This document shows positions 31,724 to 41,651 of a stretch of DNA of 64,000 nucleotides, piece after piece. Position 1 is the stretch's first letter; each line of letters begins with the position of its first letter. The position numbers and the translations under genes were made by a program. Below the pieces are notes generated by a model. It was not told where the DNA came from. It saw nothing but the letters and a program-made list of their open reading frames with translations, and did not search any database. The stretch is from an uncultured Spirochaetota bacterium (GTDB taxonomy: Bacteria; Spirochaetota; Spirochaetia; SZUA-6; Fen-1364): contig CAWJSK010000023.1 of the NCBI GenBank assembly GCA_963845535.1, forward strand, positions 82,510 through 146,509. The letters run 5' to 3'.

Positions 31724-33424
31724 TCACGCGCGCGCGCCGAAGGACGTCATCCTGTCCACCCGGTCCAAGGCCCACTGACGTGATTCTTGAAGGCAGGCCG
31801 CGCCGTTTTCCGTGCCCTTGGCGTCGCGCTGGATACGGGCGGCAATTGGCAGGATAGTAGCCCAAAGCTTTTTCCGCTCTGCCGAAAGCCCGTAGAAGTA
31901 GCGTCCCAGCGGGGCGGCCGGATCAGGGAGCGCGCGCAGGGCCTCCCCGTAGTCGCTCAGGAACTCACTCCATCCGCGCTGGGCGGGGGCGTCCTCGAAA
32001 CGATCGGGCTGCGCGGCGTCTGACGGCTGCGCGGCGCCGGGCGGATTTGCGGCGCCTGGCGGCTGCGCGGTCCTCTGGATCAGCTTGGAAAGCCGCGCCC
32101 TGTAGTCGCGAAGCACAGGGGTGCTGTAGCGGATACCCGCGGCTTCGCGCTCAGCCGTCAGCCCGGGACACGCGAAGACAAACGACGTCAGGCTGCTTTC
32201 AATGGGCGAGCTGCGCTGAGAGCGCTCCAGAAAGTGCTCGAACAGGTACGTGCCTCGGGCGTAGGGCTTTGCCCGCGGGTAGCTGAAATCCGCTCCGTGC
32301 AGCCTGACCTCGGGAACGCCAAGGGCGCGGGCCAGTGAAACGGCGGCGTGGGTCACATTTCCGCCCGTTGTGTCCACCACGGGGAGATGGCCCACGCGTT
32401 CGCTGGCAAGCCGCGCAAAGGGATGAGCGCTTGCGAAGAATCGACTCTGGGCGCCGGCGCGACGCACCAGGAACGGAGGGGAGGCCAGGTCGAAGAAGAA
32501 AGTCGTGGCGGCCGGAAAGCCCGTCAGGAAGTGATGATAGCTGTACGCCTGGCAGTCCAGCGACACGACGATCTCGGGCGGCACGCCTGCTTTCATGAGC
32601 GCCGGAAGCGAGGTATCGGTGGCAATGATGATGCTCTCATGGCTTCTCTCCGCAAGCTCCTCGAGGCTGCATTCGAGAGACGGCCCGGCAGCCGTCACAT
32701 GAGCGACCCTTGCCTGAGGCCAGGCCGACGGTGCGCGCTCACCGCGAGCCAGCGCCACTAATGCGCCCTCACCGGAAGCCCGCGCCATTGATGGCAGGTT
32801 GAGGAGCATGTTCGTAAACCATCTTTTTCCGAAAAGCGCCTGCACTCCGTAATCGGCCTGAGCCTCTTCCGCAGCCAGCCGAAGCTCCTCTGCCGCCTTG
32901 TCGAAGAACCGGTGTTCTGCCTCGCACCACGGCCGGACGGGGAGCGAGGCGAGGTTCCCGCAGATGGCCGGCACGTAGGAGGAAAGGAGGGCGCTGCGCA
33001 GCTCTGCCGCGCCTGCCCTCAGGAGGACCCGGCTGTCTGAGAGAACCGGGGAGAGCGGGAGGTTGGCAAAGAGGGACTTGAGAGTCGAGACATCTTTTTC
33101 GACGATCAGGACCGCGCATGCGCTGGGCTGGCGAAGGAACGCTGCCGGCACGTATCCGCCGCCCAGGCCGAGACAAACGAGATATCCTGTTTCCCCAAGG
33201 GATTTCGTGAGACGCTCTGCCTCCCTTGCCGGATCAACGAGGGAGTGAAAAGGCTGGTCCCCGGCGTTTTCCCGCAGGACGGGCACGATGGCGCCGCTTT
33301 TTGCCGGGCGAAAAGCCAGGGACTGGTTGGGAGCGCTTTTTTCGATCAAGGCAGAGAGCGCGGGATCAATCGTCGAAAGCGCTGCCAGGTTTCGAGCCAG
33401 GTGGCTCGGCGCTTCAGGCTGCAT
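31724..33424 (-). CDS. MAF_flag10/MptE-like motility-associated factor protein
   Basis: HSLVDPAREA, GLGGGY, FGKRWFTN, AAGPSL, ATDTSL, G.DFSY. Confidence 0.8.
   Translation of the reverse strand: MQPEAPSHLARNLAALSTIDPALSALIEKSAPNQSLAFRPAKSGAIVPVLRENAGDQPFHSLVDPAREAERLTKSLGETGYLVCLGLGGGYVPAAFLRQPSACAVLIVEKDVSTLKSLFANLPLSPVLSDSRVLLRAGAAELRSALLSSYVPAICGNLASLPVRPWCEAEHRFFDKAAEELRLAAEEAQADYGVQALFGKRWFTNMLLNLPSMARASGEGALVALARGERAPSAWPQARVAHVTAAGPSLECSLEELAERSHESIIIATDTSLPALMKAGVPPEIVVSLDCQAYSYHHFLTGFPAATTFFFDLASPPFLVRRAGAQSRFFASAHPFARLASERVGHLPVVDTTGGNVTHAAVSLARALGVPEVRLHGADFSYPRAKPYARGTYLFEHFLERSQRSSPIESSLTSFVFACPGLTAEREAAGIRYSTPVLRDYRARLSKLIQRTAQPPGAANPPGAAQPSDAAQPDRFEDAPAQRGWSEFLSDYGEALRALPDPAAPLGRYFYGLSAERKKLWATILPIAARIQRDAKGTENGAACLQESRQWALDRVDRMTSFGARA
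32007..32069. repeat. Imperfect 18-bp coding repeat
   Basis: Encodes AQPPGA-ANPPGA-AQPSDA-AQPD. Confidence 0.7.
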
Positions 33425-35093
33425 TCAGCATTCTTTCTTCGAGGGCTCTCAGGAATTGTCGGCAGTCCTCGAGAAGGCGAATTGCCGACTCCCGTGCCTT
33501 CTGCGCGTTCCCGAGCCTGGCCGTTCGTTTCGTTTCAAGTAGCTGACGAGTTGCAAGGTGGAAAGAAAGATCGAAAACGGTCCCGGCTGCAAGGGCGCCA
33601 AGGCCGTCGGATCCCTCCGCTTTCGCTCTTCCTTCCGCAAGGCAGTCGCTCCACTCACGGAGGACGCGCGAAGCCGCGGAGATCCGGGCGGCCCGCGAGC
33701 CGAGGGGAGAATAGAGGGTGAAGCGGGGGCCCGCCGAAGAGGCGCGCGAGTTGCGGACGAGCTCTCGGAGGGACGCAGCGTCGAGCGGAATCATCTCGGG
33801 CAGGGACACCGCCGACGGGAGAAGACGATAGACGCTGCCCCCCATGCCGGACTCTTCTGGCCGTTGTCGGGTGCCAGCACCTCTCTGGCCCTGTCCCAGC
33901 CAGCCTGCGTACGTCCTGAGCGACAAGGGGGCGCGCGCGCTTGCGCTCCCTTTCACGCGCATCGAGCCCTGGTCCACGGACCTGCCGTACCAGACGCCCT
34001 CACACGGGGAAGTCCTTCCGCTTTGAAGCTGGAAAAGTGTCTCGAACTCGTTCGGCCGCGCGTGGGAGATCACGTCGTTGGTGCACATGTCGAGCCCGGC
34101 GAGGATGATCGGGCCCTTTGTGAAAGCGCGCGCAAGGTCGAGCGCGGTTGCGGCCACGGTGCCGTGAGGGGCAATCATGGGCGCGGACACCGGGCGCATG
34201 GCATGAAGGAAAGCTCCCTCCAAGGCCCCTGGTTGCGCGAGCAGGAATGGCCGCGGCAACGAAAGCTCCCACAAGCCACGGGCCGCCGAAAGGGGCATCG
34301 CAACCGGGCAGGTGGGCGCGGCGTGATGGAAGTGGGAGATCGCCCAATAGCCGGGATCAGTCATGACGAACAGGTCGGGTTTCAGACCCGCCGCTGCCAG
34401 GAAGTTCGCGCTGGAGGGGAGGGCCCACACATCGATTGCATCCCGCGCCTCTCGGAGAAGGGGAGCCGCGAGCTCGAGGCTCGGCCCCGAGGCTGCGATG
34501 ACGACAATCCTGTCTGCGGCGCAGGGAACCCCTTGAAGGATTTCGTCGAAGGAAAGGAAATTTGCCAGGCTGTTTCGAAGCCAGAGCCTCCCCATGGACA
34601 TCGTGGTCACCAGGCTGCCGTTGAGCTCGCGAAGGACCTGCTGCATGGCTTCGTTCGCCTCGCGAGAGCGATCCGCAAAGAGCCTGGCCGAAGGCGGCCA
34701 CTCGATCATTCGCAAGCCCTCGGCATCCAGCTCGCTGATTCGCGTTCTCAGGAACTCCGCGGCGCTTGTTCCTGAACCCGGGCTCCACGTGTCCCGGTCA
34801 GCCACGGCCCGGCCCTCCGTGGAACCGGCGGTGGGACTGAACGGAGAGCTTCGAAAAACCTCCTCGGAATAGAAAACCCGAATCACGCGCGCTCCAGAAT
34901 GCGCGGCGTTGATCCAGTGGGAGAGATATCCGAGCCCTTCACCAAGAACGACGACAACGGAGGGCGTCTCGGCGCCGAGCGCGTTCATGACAAACCGTTT
35001 CGCCTCCAGAGACGGATCATAGGGAGAGTGAAGCGCAATACCGTCGATTCTGATTGACGGGGACCCGGATCGTGAGGCGAATACCTCTACCAT
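33414..35093 (-). CDS. Second MAF_flag10/MptE-like protein
   Basis: LHSPYDPSLEA, GEGLGY, GRLWLRN, ASGPSL, GTVA, GLD. Confidence 0.8.
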   Translation of the reverse strand: MVEVFASRSGSPSIRIDGIALHSPYDPSLEAKRFVMNALGAETPSVVVVLGEGLGYLSHWINAAHSGARVIRVFYSEEVFRSSPFSPTAGSTEGRAVADRDTWSPGSGTSAAEFLRTRISELDAEGLRMIEWPPSARLFADRSREANEAMQQVLRELNGSLVTTMSMGRLWLRNSLANFLSFDEILQGVPCAADRIVVIAASGPSLELAAPLLREARDAIDVWALPSSANFLAAAGLKPDLFVMTDPGYWAISHFHHAAPTCPVAMPLSAARGLWELSLPRPFLLAQPGALEGAFLHAMRPVSAPMIAPHGTVAATALDLARAFTKGPIILAGLDMCTNDVISHARPNEFETLFQLQSGRTSPCEGVWYGRSVDQGSMRVKGSASARAPLSLRTYAGWLGQGQRGAGTRQRPEESGMGGSVYRLLPSAVSLPEMIPLDAASLRELVRNSRASSAGPRFTLYSPLGSRAARISAASRVLREWSDCLAEGRAKAEGSDGLGALAAGTVFDLSFHLATRQLLETKRTARLGNAQKARESAIRLLEDCRQFLRALEERMLNAA

Positions 35094-35099
35094 GCGGGA

Positions 35100-36224
35100 T
35101 CAGGAGGAAAGGAAGGAAACAAGGTCCCGAACGTCGGCTCCCTCATCCGGCCAGATCCGGGACTTCAGCACCTCGACCAGGGAGCCTTTCTCCTCAGGCG
35201 GTGCGCCTGCAAAGCGGCTGCCCAGAAAATAGCGAAGCTGGTGAAGGAAAAGGGGAATGTCGTCACGGCTTGCCTCCTGAAGGCAGACGAGCAGCGCCCC
35301 GCCGGACAGCATGATGGCAACGCCCAGGTCAGCCAGGAATGCATCAAGAAGGCTTCGCACGTCTTCCCGCAGGCGAAACAGGTCGAGATCTTCGTGCCCG
35401 GCGGCGATCTCCCGAACATAGGAGCCCAGATTGAGGGAGAGGAACAGCATTTTTCTCCCGCGCGCCTGGTTGGATTCGAGAAGGCGCGCAACCTGTTCTT
35501 CCGGCGTGGCGGGTGGGCGCGCCGCCCGCGCCTGGCTCAGCTTCATCAGGAACCCGCGGGCCCTCTGGAGAAGGGGCGCGACATCCGCGGCGACGTCTTT
35601 GAGGCAGGAGAGAAACGCCGCGGCGCCCGAAAAAGGAGGATGGGCTTCCGTGATGAGGAGAACGCCCACGAGAGTGTCCTCGAAGATGTAGGGGCAGAGG
35701 ATGATCCGCTCGAGCACGGAGAACTCACGCGAGGAAAAAAACCGTTGGAACGCAGCCCGCTGCGCGGGATTGGTGACTTCCAGCGGGTCTCCGTTTGCCA
35801 GAGCGTTGAATGTCTCATTTGCCCCGAGCGGGATGCGCATCCGGTGAAGAGTCGTCTGGTCGAACCCATGGCTTGCCCAGGGCGCGTATTCGAGTCGCAT
35901 GGGATCATAGAGAAGAAGGGCGCTCTTGGTAAGGGACAGCCGCTTGCGCAAGGTCGTAAAAAGGCGGGAAGGCAGCTCGACGCCGTCAGAAAGCGCCTTC
36001 GACTCCGCAACGAGGTCACGCGTGAGGTGGTTGTCGGAAAGCGGGACGGCGGTTTGAGCATCCGAGGAGCGTTCCGCGCTGGAGGCCGCGAGCGCCCGGA
36101 TGCTGCGCTTCAGCAGCCCAAGGCTCTTGGAGGCACTCGAGACCGGGCGCTCCCGCGCCGCGAGCGGAGAAACGTTCGTGTCACCGACAGATACGGCGCC
36201 GGCCGCCTTCCGCAGAAGGCCCAT
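35100..36224 (-). CDS. Hypothetical protein, possibly GAF-like
   Basis: 374-aa ORF filling the gap; its ATG directly follows the upstream TAG. Confidence 0.7.
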   Translation of the reverse strand: MGLLRKAAGAVSVGDTNVSPLAARERPVSSASKSLGLLKRSIRALAASSAERSSDAQTAVPLSDNHLTRDLVAESKALSDGVELPSRLFTTLRKRLSLTKSALLLYDPMRLEYAPWASHGFDQTTLHRMRIPLGANETFNALANGDPLEVTNPAQRAAFQRFFSSREFSVLERIILCPYIFEDTLVGVLLITEAHPPFSGAAAFLSCLKDVAADVAPLLQRARGFLMKLSQARAARPPATPEEQVARLLESNQARGRKMLFLSLNLGSYVREIAAGHEDLDLFRLREDVRSLLDAFLADLGVAIMLSGGALLVCLQEASRDDIPLFLHQLRYFLGSRFAGAPPEEKGSLVEVLKSRIWPDEGADVRDLVSFLSS

Positions 36225-37928
36225 CTATTCACCCAGACCGAGATCCTCGAAAAGCTTCTTGTACATCACGAAGTAGTCCGATTTGGCGAACTCCTGGATT
36301 TTTTCATCCGGCAGCGCCTCGAGAAGGTGGTCCATATATTTGAGGACCGTGCGGATCTCATCCTTGAGGTCATCCGGGATTGCCGCGGCGCCTTCTTTTG
36401 CGGCGGGCGCGTGGCGGGAAGCCCCTTCATCTGCCGGGACTTCCTCCACCTCCAGCACCTCGTCCGCGAGCGCCATGGGCTCCGCGTCCCTGCCGGTTGA
36501 TTCGCTCTCGAAGGGGATCTCGATTTCCGCCTGAGAAGGCGCGTTCCGGGCGGGCTCATCCGCCACCGGCTCGAGCTCACCAAGGTCGAGGTCTTCCACG
36601 GGAGCGGCCGTGTCATCGGATTCCAGCTCCTGTGCCTCCGCCGCGAGGGCTTCCAGGTCAACGTCTCCGCTTGGCTCGTCAGCGCGCTCCGAGGAGCCCT
36701 TTGGCAGCTCAGCGGCCTCCAGGGGTTCCAGCTCTCCCACTTCCTCTTCCAGGTCGAGCGTTTCCAGGTCCCCCGGCTCCGAAGATGCTTCCACGCCCTT
36801 GTCTTCGATGGTCTCGATTTCGGGAATCCCTTCCAAGTCGAGCTCGGGAAGACCTTCAGAAAGCGCGGCAGGCGCAGGCGTTGCAGTCTCAGCGGAGAGG
36901 TCTTCCAGCTCCAGCTCCGCAGGAAGGCCTTCCGTAAGCGCCTCGATATCGGTCTGTGAAGCTTCCCGGTTCCCGTTTGTCTCCAGGCTTCCCTCGGTTT
37001 CAAGCGGTATGTCCGCGGACTCCAGGCCGAGGATGTCATCCTGCGGCGATGACTCGGGAGTCCCCTCTCCGATCTCGGTCAGGTCAAGGGGCTCATCCAC
37101 GGGAGCAGTCTCAGCCGACTCTTCGGTTATCTCCGCCGTGTTCAGGATATTGTCGAGCTCATCCCCGGTCAGGGCAATGGTCTCATCCTCGTCCTCATCA
37201 AAGAAGCCGCTCTGGGATTCGGTGCCGGCAGCGGGGGCGGCTACGGCAGGCTCGGCGCCGGGCTTGCGCATTCCCGACAGCTCGCCGCGGAGCTGCGTAA
37301 GGTCCGCCCGGATGGACCGAAGCTCGTCCTCGATGCGTGAGAGGATCTCGGATGATGCGGCTTGCGGCTTGGAGGCTGACGCGGAGACTGAGGCAAGCTC
37401 GCTCTCCAGCGCGTCAAGGTCCTCGAATCGTTCCTGTCCAGCCCCGGTGTCAGAGAGAGTCACCTCGACCTCGTTGGCTTCAGCGGCGCCGCGCCTGCCC
37501 TTCTGCGTGCCGGAGGGCTGGGACGGTTCTTCCTCCAACTCCAGCTCAGGAAGCTCCTCTTCAGAGACAGGTTCCAGCTCCGTGGCGTCAGAAGGCTCGG
37601 CTTCCGTCACTTCCGAGATGTCAGGCAGTTCCTCATCTTCCGTGAGAAGCGGTTCTTCCTCCGGGATTGAGGGCTCCTTGGAGCTTTCGGAAGGGCCGAG
37701 CTCCGTGTCCAGCTCATCGAGAAGCTCCTCTTCCTCCAGAGTCAGGGTGCTTTCCGCGGAAGACTGGCGCGAAGCGGCTCCTGAGGTCTCCAGGTCCGTG
37801 AGCTCGAACGACCCTTCCGCTGCCTGGGACTCCGCAACCGTGCGCGGCTCGACCTTCACCCAGACGCCATACCGCTCGAGTTTCTGCTCTCCTGCCGGGT
37901 TGTCCTGTGTTTCCCTTCCCATTCCCAT
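36225..37928 (-). CDS. Very acidic low-complexity protein of unknown function
   Basis: E/D/L/P-rich, with islands LERYGVWVK, GFFDEDEDETIALTGDELDNIL and a helical C-terminus; CAGGAG upstream. Confidence 0.85.
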   Translation of the reverse strand: MGMGRETQDNPAGEQKLERYGVWVKVEPRTVAESQAAEGSFELTDLETSGAASRQSSAESTLTLEEEELLDELDTELGPSESSKEPSIPEEEPLLTEDEELPDISEVTEAEPSDATELEPVSEEELPELELEEEPSQPSGTQKGRRGAAEANEVEVTLSDTGAGQERFEDLDALESELASVSASASKPQAASSEILSRIEDELRSIRADLTQLRGELSGMRKPGAEPAVAAPAAGTESQSGFFDEDEDETIALTGDELDNILNTAEITEESAETAPVDEPLDLTEIGEGTPESSPQDDILGLESADIPLETEGSLETNGNREASQTDIEALTEGLPAELELEDLSAETATPAPAALSEGLPELDLEGIPEIETIEDKGVEASSEPGDLETLDLEEEVGELEPLEAAELPKGSSERADEPSGDVDLEALAAEAQELESDDTAAPVEDLDLGELEPVADEPARNAPSQAEIEIPFESESTGRDAEPMALADEVLEVEEVPADEGASRHAPAAKEGAAAIPDDLKDEIRTVLKYMDHLLEALPDEKIQEFAKSDYFVMYKKLFEDLGLGE

Positions 37929-38003
37929 CTCCTGAGGATGCGTTACGCTCTCCTCATTATCGGCAAGATCTGCCGCTCACTTTCACGTATTTCTCCCAGC
38001 GCA

Positions 38004-38033
38004 AGAGTAATCTGTACGTTTTGCGGTTGTCAA
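38004..38033 (-). promoter_or_regulatory. Putative promoter of the acidic protein-MAF operon
   Basis: TTGACA-18 bp-TACTCT. Confidence 0.5.
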
Positions 38034-38099
38034 CGGCGGATTTCAACCTGAATTGCCGTTTTCTTCTCATCTTTATCCCGGAGCGCGCCGTTATCAGGA

Positions 38100-38546
38100 G
38101 TGAAGAGTATGCGCCGCCTCCTGCCGATCTTCTTTGCCGGATTTGCCATCGCTTCTATCTGCATTTATTTTTTCGGTGACTCGGGGTTGCTCGCCTATGG
38201 ACGGCTCGACGGCTACCGGCAGGCTCTCGCCGCGAACGTCGAAAGCCTTCAGGCACGGAACGCAAGCTTCACCGGAGAGCTCGCCGCGCTCCGCGACGAC
38301 CCGCAGAGAAGTCTCGTCATGGCACGGGACATCGGGCTTTATCAGGCAGGGGATGAGGTCGTGAAAATCGAGGGTTTTGTCCCGGCGGCAATTTCAAACG
38401 AAGTGGGCGCGCTGCTCAAGCTTCGAAAGAGCACCACGTCGCGGAACACGATATTCAAGGCGACAGGAATAGGCATTTCCGGCCTTCTTGCCGCGTTTGC
38501 CGCAGCCGCGGCCCGCGCCTCACGGAGGAAGGGCAGGGGAGCCTGA
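38100..38546 (+). CDS. Septum formation initiator (FtsB/DivIC family)
   Basis: N-terminal TM, FGDSGL, coiled coil, ARDIGL...GDEV. Confidence 0.75.
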   Translation: MKSMRRLLPIFFAGFAIASICIYFFGDSGLLAYGRLDGYRQALAANVESLQARNASFTGELAALRDDPQRSLVMARDIGLYQAGDEVVKIEGFVPAAISNEVGALLKLRKSTTSRNTIFKATGIGISGLLAAFAAAAARASRRKGRGA

Positions 38547-38551
38547 CGTCC

Positions 38552-39118
38552 ATGGTGGCGCGCGCCGCTGACCCCGGCTCTGAAGCGCTTCTTGCGCGGA
38601 CGCTCTCCGAAGGTGGAGTTGCCGTCATTCCCTGCGACACAATGTACGGCATCGCGGGAGCGGCTCCGGACACGGAAAAGAGGATCCGCGCCATCAAAGG
38701 CCGGGGAGAAACCAAGCCGTTCCTCCAGTTGATTGCCCATGCATCATGGGTTGCCCGGCTGTCAGACTTCGTGCTGCCGCAGAAGCTTGCACAATACTGG
38801 CCGGGGCCGCTGACAATCATCTTTCCGGCGCGGGATGGGGGGACAGTGGCGCTTCGGCTGCCGGATTCCCCCTTTCTGCGGCAACTAATGGAAGCCGTTG
38901 GGCGGCCGCTCTACTCCACCAGCGTGAACCGGGCGGGCAAGGAGCCGATGTTCGACATCGAGCTCATAAAAGAGGAGTTCGAGCGGGATGTCGATCTCAT
39001 CTTCGACGCGGGGAATCTTCCTCCCCGACCCCCGTCCACTCTGCTCGACGTCTCGACGCGTCCTTACCGCATCCTTCGAAACGGCGCGCTGCGGATACCG
39101 CCCGAAGAACTGGGCTGA
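38552..39118 (+). CDS. tsaC: Threonylcarbamoyl-AMP synthase (TsaC/Sua5)
   Basis: PCDTMYGI, IKGR...KP, WPGPLT, STSVN, PSTL. Confidence 0.9.
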   Translation: MVARAADPGSEALLARTLSEGGVAVIPCDTMYGIAGAAPDTEKRIRAIKGRGETKPFLQLIAHASWVARLSDFVLPQKLAQYWPGPLTIIFPARDGGTVALRLPDSPFLRQLMEAVGRPLYSTSVNRAGKEPMFDIELIKEEFERDVDLIFDAGNLPPRPPSTLLDVSTRPYRILRNGALRIPPEELG

Positions 39119-39165
39119 GCCAGGCTGAGCCGCGGGCGGCGGCGCGGCGCGGCGTGGCACAGTTC

Positions 39166-41505
39166 CTAGAAAATCTTTTCTATGACCTCTTCCATCGTCG
39201 AGACCGGGTGGAATGTAATGCCCTCCCTGACGTTCTCAGGAATCTCATCCAGATCCCTCTGGTTCTGTGAGGGGTAGAGCACCTGCTTGATCCTGTTGCG
39301 CCGGGCCGCAATCACCTTCTCCTTGAGGCCGCCAATGGGCAGCACCCGGCCGACGAGGGACAATTCCCCCGTCATGGCGAGCGACTTCTTGATCTTCTTC
39401 CCCGTGGCCAGGGAAAGCAGCGCCGAGGCAAGCGTTATGCCCGCAGACGGGCCGTCCTTCGGGGTTGCTCCCGCGGGCACATGGAGGTGGATAAGGTTCT
39501 TTTCCCAGAAGTCCGGGCTCACCCCGTGATCACAGGAGACGTGGCGGACAAAGGAGTAGGCAATGCTGGCTGACTCCTGCATCACTTCTCCGAGCTTCCC
39601 CGTCAGCTTGAAACCTTCCTTGCCGGCATTCGCCACCGCTTCGATTGCAAGGACGGCGCCGCCCAACGGCGTCCACGCCAGGCCTATTGCCATGCCCGGC
39701 TTCGTGATCTGCGCCATCTCCTCATCCTCGAACACGGGCTTGCCCAGGTATTCGGTGAGGGATTCCTTCTTGATGGCCATGGGCAGCTTTGCCTCACCCG
39801 TCAGGATCTTGCGCGCGATCTTCCGGTGGATCTTGTCCAGCGCTTTCTCGAAGTTTCGCAGGCCCGCCTCACGCGCATAGCCGTCGGCAATGGCCGCCAG
39901 TGAGCCGTTATCGTATTTCACCCCGTTTTTCGCCAAGCCGGAAGCTTCCAGCGACTTGGGGATGAGGTACGCGCGCGCAATGGCCACCTTCTCGCTGTCG
40001 ATGTAGCCCGAGAGACGGATCACCTCCATGCGGTCCAGGAGCGGCGCGGGGATGGTGTCCAGCGTGTTGGCCGTCGTGATGAAGAGAATATGGGAGGCAT
40101 CGAAGGGCAAGTCCAGGTAATGGTCCCGGAACGCCACGTTCTGCTCTGGATCAAGGACCTCCAGGAGCGCGGAGGACGGATCACCCTGGTACGACGCGCC
40201 GAGCTTGTCGATCTCATCGATCATGTAAACGGGATTGCGCGTTTTCACGATCTTGAGCCCCTGGATGATCTTGCCGGGCATTGCCCCGATATACGTGCGC
40301 CGGTGACCTTTGATTTCCGCCTCGTCGCGCATGCCCCCCACGGAAAAGCGGAAGAACTTGCGCCCCAGGGCCCGTGCAATCGACTTCCCGACAGACGTTT
40401 TTCCTACGCCCGGAGGTCCCACCAGGCAGACGATGGAGCCCTTGGAATCCTTTTTCAGCTTGCGCACGGAGAGATACTCGATGATCCTTTCCTTCACGTC
40501 GTTCAGGCCGTAGTGGTCCTCATCCAGGATTTTCCGGGCGTCATCGATGTCCAGCGTCTCTTTCGAGTCATCATTCCAGGGAAGGCTGATGATCGTTTCC
40601 AGGTAATTTCGCGTCACAGTGAACTCGGGGGAGTTGGCGTCCATCAGCGAGAACTTTTCCAGCTCCTGCTCCACCTGTTCCTTCACCTCGCCCTGAAGGC
40701 CGAGCTTGTCCACCGCGTCCTTGAAGCGCTGGTATTCGCTGGTCTTTGCGTCCACTGCCATGCCAAGCTCGCTCTTGATGGCCTTGAGCTCTTCCTTCAG
40801 GAAGTATTCCCTCTGGCTCTTCGAAATTTTTTCGTTGAGCTGCTCCGTGATTTTTTTCTGGATCTTCATCAGCTCCTGTTCCTTCTTGATGAAGATCAGC
40901 ACGTGCTCCATGCGCGCCTGCACGTTGGTCATCTCCAGGATTTTCTGCTGCTCGGCACGGTCGATGTTGAGGATCGACGTGATGAAGTCAGCGATTTTTC
41001 CGGGATGGTCGATGTTCACCATGGACAGCCGCATCTCCTCCGAGAAAAGCGGGTTGTTCTCCGAGACCTGCTTCATCTCGCTGATGAGCGCGCGCGTGAG
41101 GGCTTTCACCTCCGCGGAATCGAAGTTCTCATCCTCCAGGTACTGGGCCACGACGCTGATGGGCGCCGCCTGCTGCAGGACGCGTTTCACCTGGAAGCGC
41201 TTCTGAGTCGAGATGAAGATGTTGACGCCGCCGTCCGGGAGGTTGATGCGCCGTGCGATCTTGGCAACGGTCCCGACGGTGAAAAGATCATCCGCGGCAG
41301 GGTTTTCGACGTCATCCGACTTCGCGAGAATGAGCCCCAGGAAGCTGTCCGCGGCAATGGCCTTCTCCACGGTGTCCGCGTCTCCCGTGGAAGGGAGCAT
41401 CAGCGGCGTAAGGATGCCGGGGAAGATGGGCTTTCCCCGGATTGGGATGACAAACAGGCGCGCGGGCAGAATCTGGTCAGCTGGGACGATGTGATGGTCA
41501 CTCAT
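39166..41505 (-). CDS. lon: Lon protease
   Basis: GPPGVGKT, GHRRTYIGAMPG, PKDGPSAG, IGGLKEK. Confidence 0.97.
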   Translation of the reverse strand: MSDHHIVPADQILPARLFVIPIRGKPIFPGILTPLMLPSTGDADTVEKAIAADSFLGLILAKSDDVENPAADDLFTVGTVAKIARRINLPDGGVNIFISTQKRFQVKRVLQQAAPISVVAQYLEDENFDSAEVKALTRALISEMKQVSENNPLFSEEMRLSMVNIDHPGKIADFITSILNIDRAEQQKILEMTNVQARMEHVLIFIKKEQELMKIQKKITEQLNEKISKSQREYFLKEELKAIKSELGMAVDAKTSEYQRFKDAVDKLGLQGEVKEQVEQELEKFSLMDANSPEFTVTRNYLETIISLPWNDDSKETLDIDDARKILDEDHYGLNDVKERIIEYLSVRKLKKDSKGSIVCLVGPPGVGKTSVGKSIARALGRKFFRFSVGGMRDEAEIKGHRRTYIGAMPGKIIQGLKIVKTRNPVYMIDEIDKLGASYQGDPSSALLEVLDPEQNVAFRDHYLDLPFDASHILFITTANTLDTIPAPLLDRMEVIRLSGYIDSEKVAIARAYLIPKSLEASGLAKNGVKYDNGSLAAIADGYAREAGLRNFEKALDKIHRKIARKILTGEAKLPMAIKKESLTEYLGKPVFEDEEMAQITKPGMAIGLAWTPLGGAVLAIEAVANAGKEGFKLTGKLGEVMQESASIAYSFVRHVSCDHGVSPDFWEKNLIHLHVPAGATPKDGPSAGITLASALLSLATGKKIKKSLAMTGELSLVGRVLPIGGLKEKVIAARRNRIKQVLYPSQNQRDLDEIPENVREGITFHPVSTMEEVIEKIF

Positions 41506-41553
41506 TTGAGATGTCTCCGTTATTGGACTATTGGCCTAAGGAACTATTGCACA

Positions 41554-41582
41554 AACTTATGTATTGGACCCCGCCGGGTCAA
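41554..41582 (-). promoter_or_regulatory. Putative lon promoter
   Basis: TTGACC-17 bp-TAAGTT. Confidence 0.6.
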
Positions 41583-41622
41583 GTCTGGACAGGGAAGGCG
41601 CGGTCTCACGCGCGTGAGAGAC

Positions 41623-41645
41623 GCCGGGGGCGGTGGGCCCCCGGC
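41623..41645. terminator. GC hairpin after the phosphoesterase gene
   Basis: GCCGGGGG-7 nt-CCCCCGGC, no clear U tract. Confidence 0.45.
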
Positions 41646-41651
41646 AGAAGA

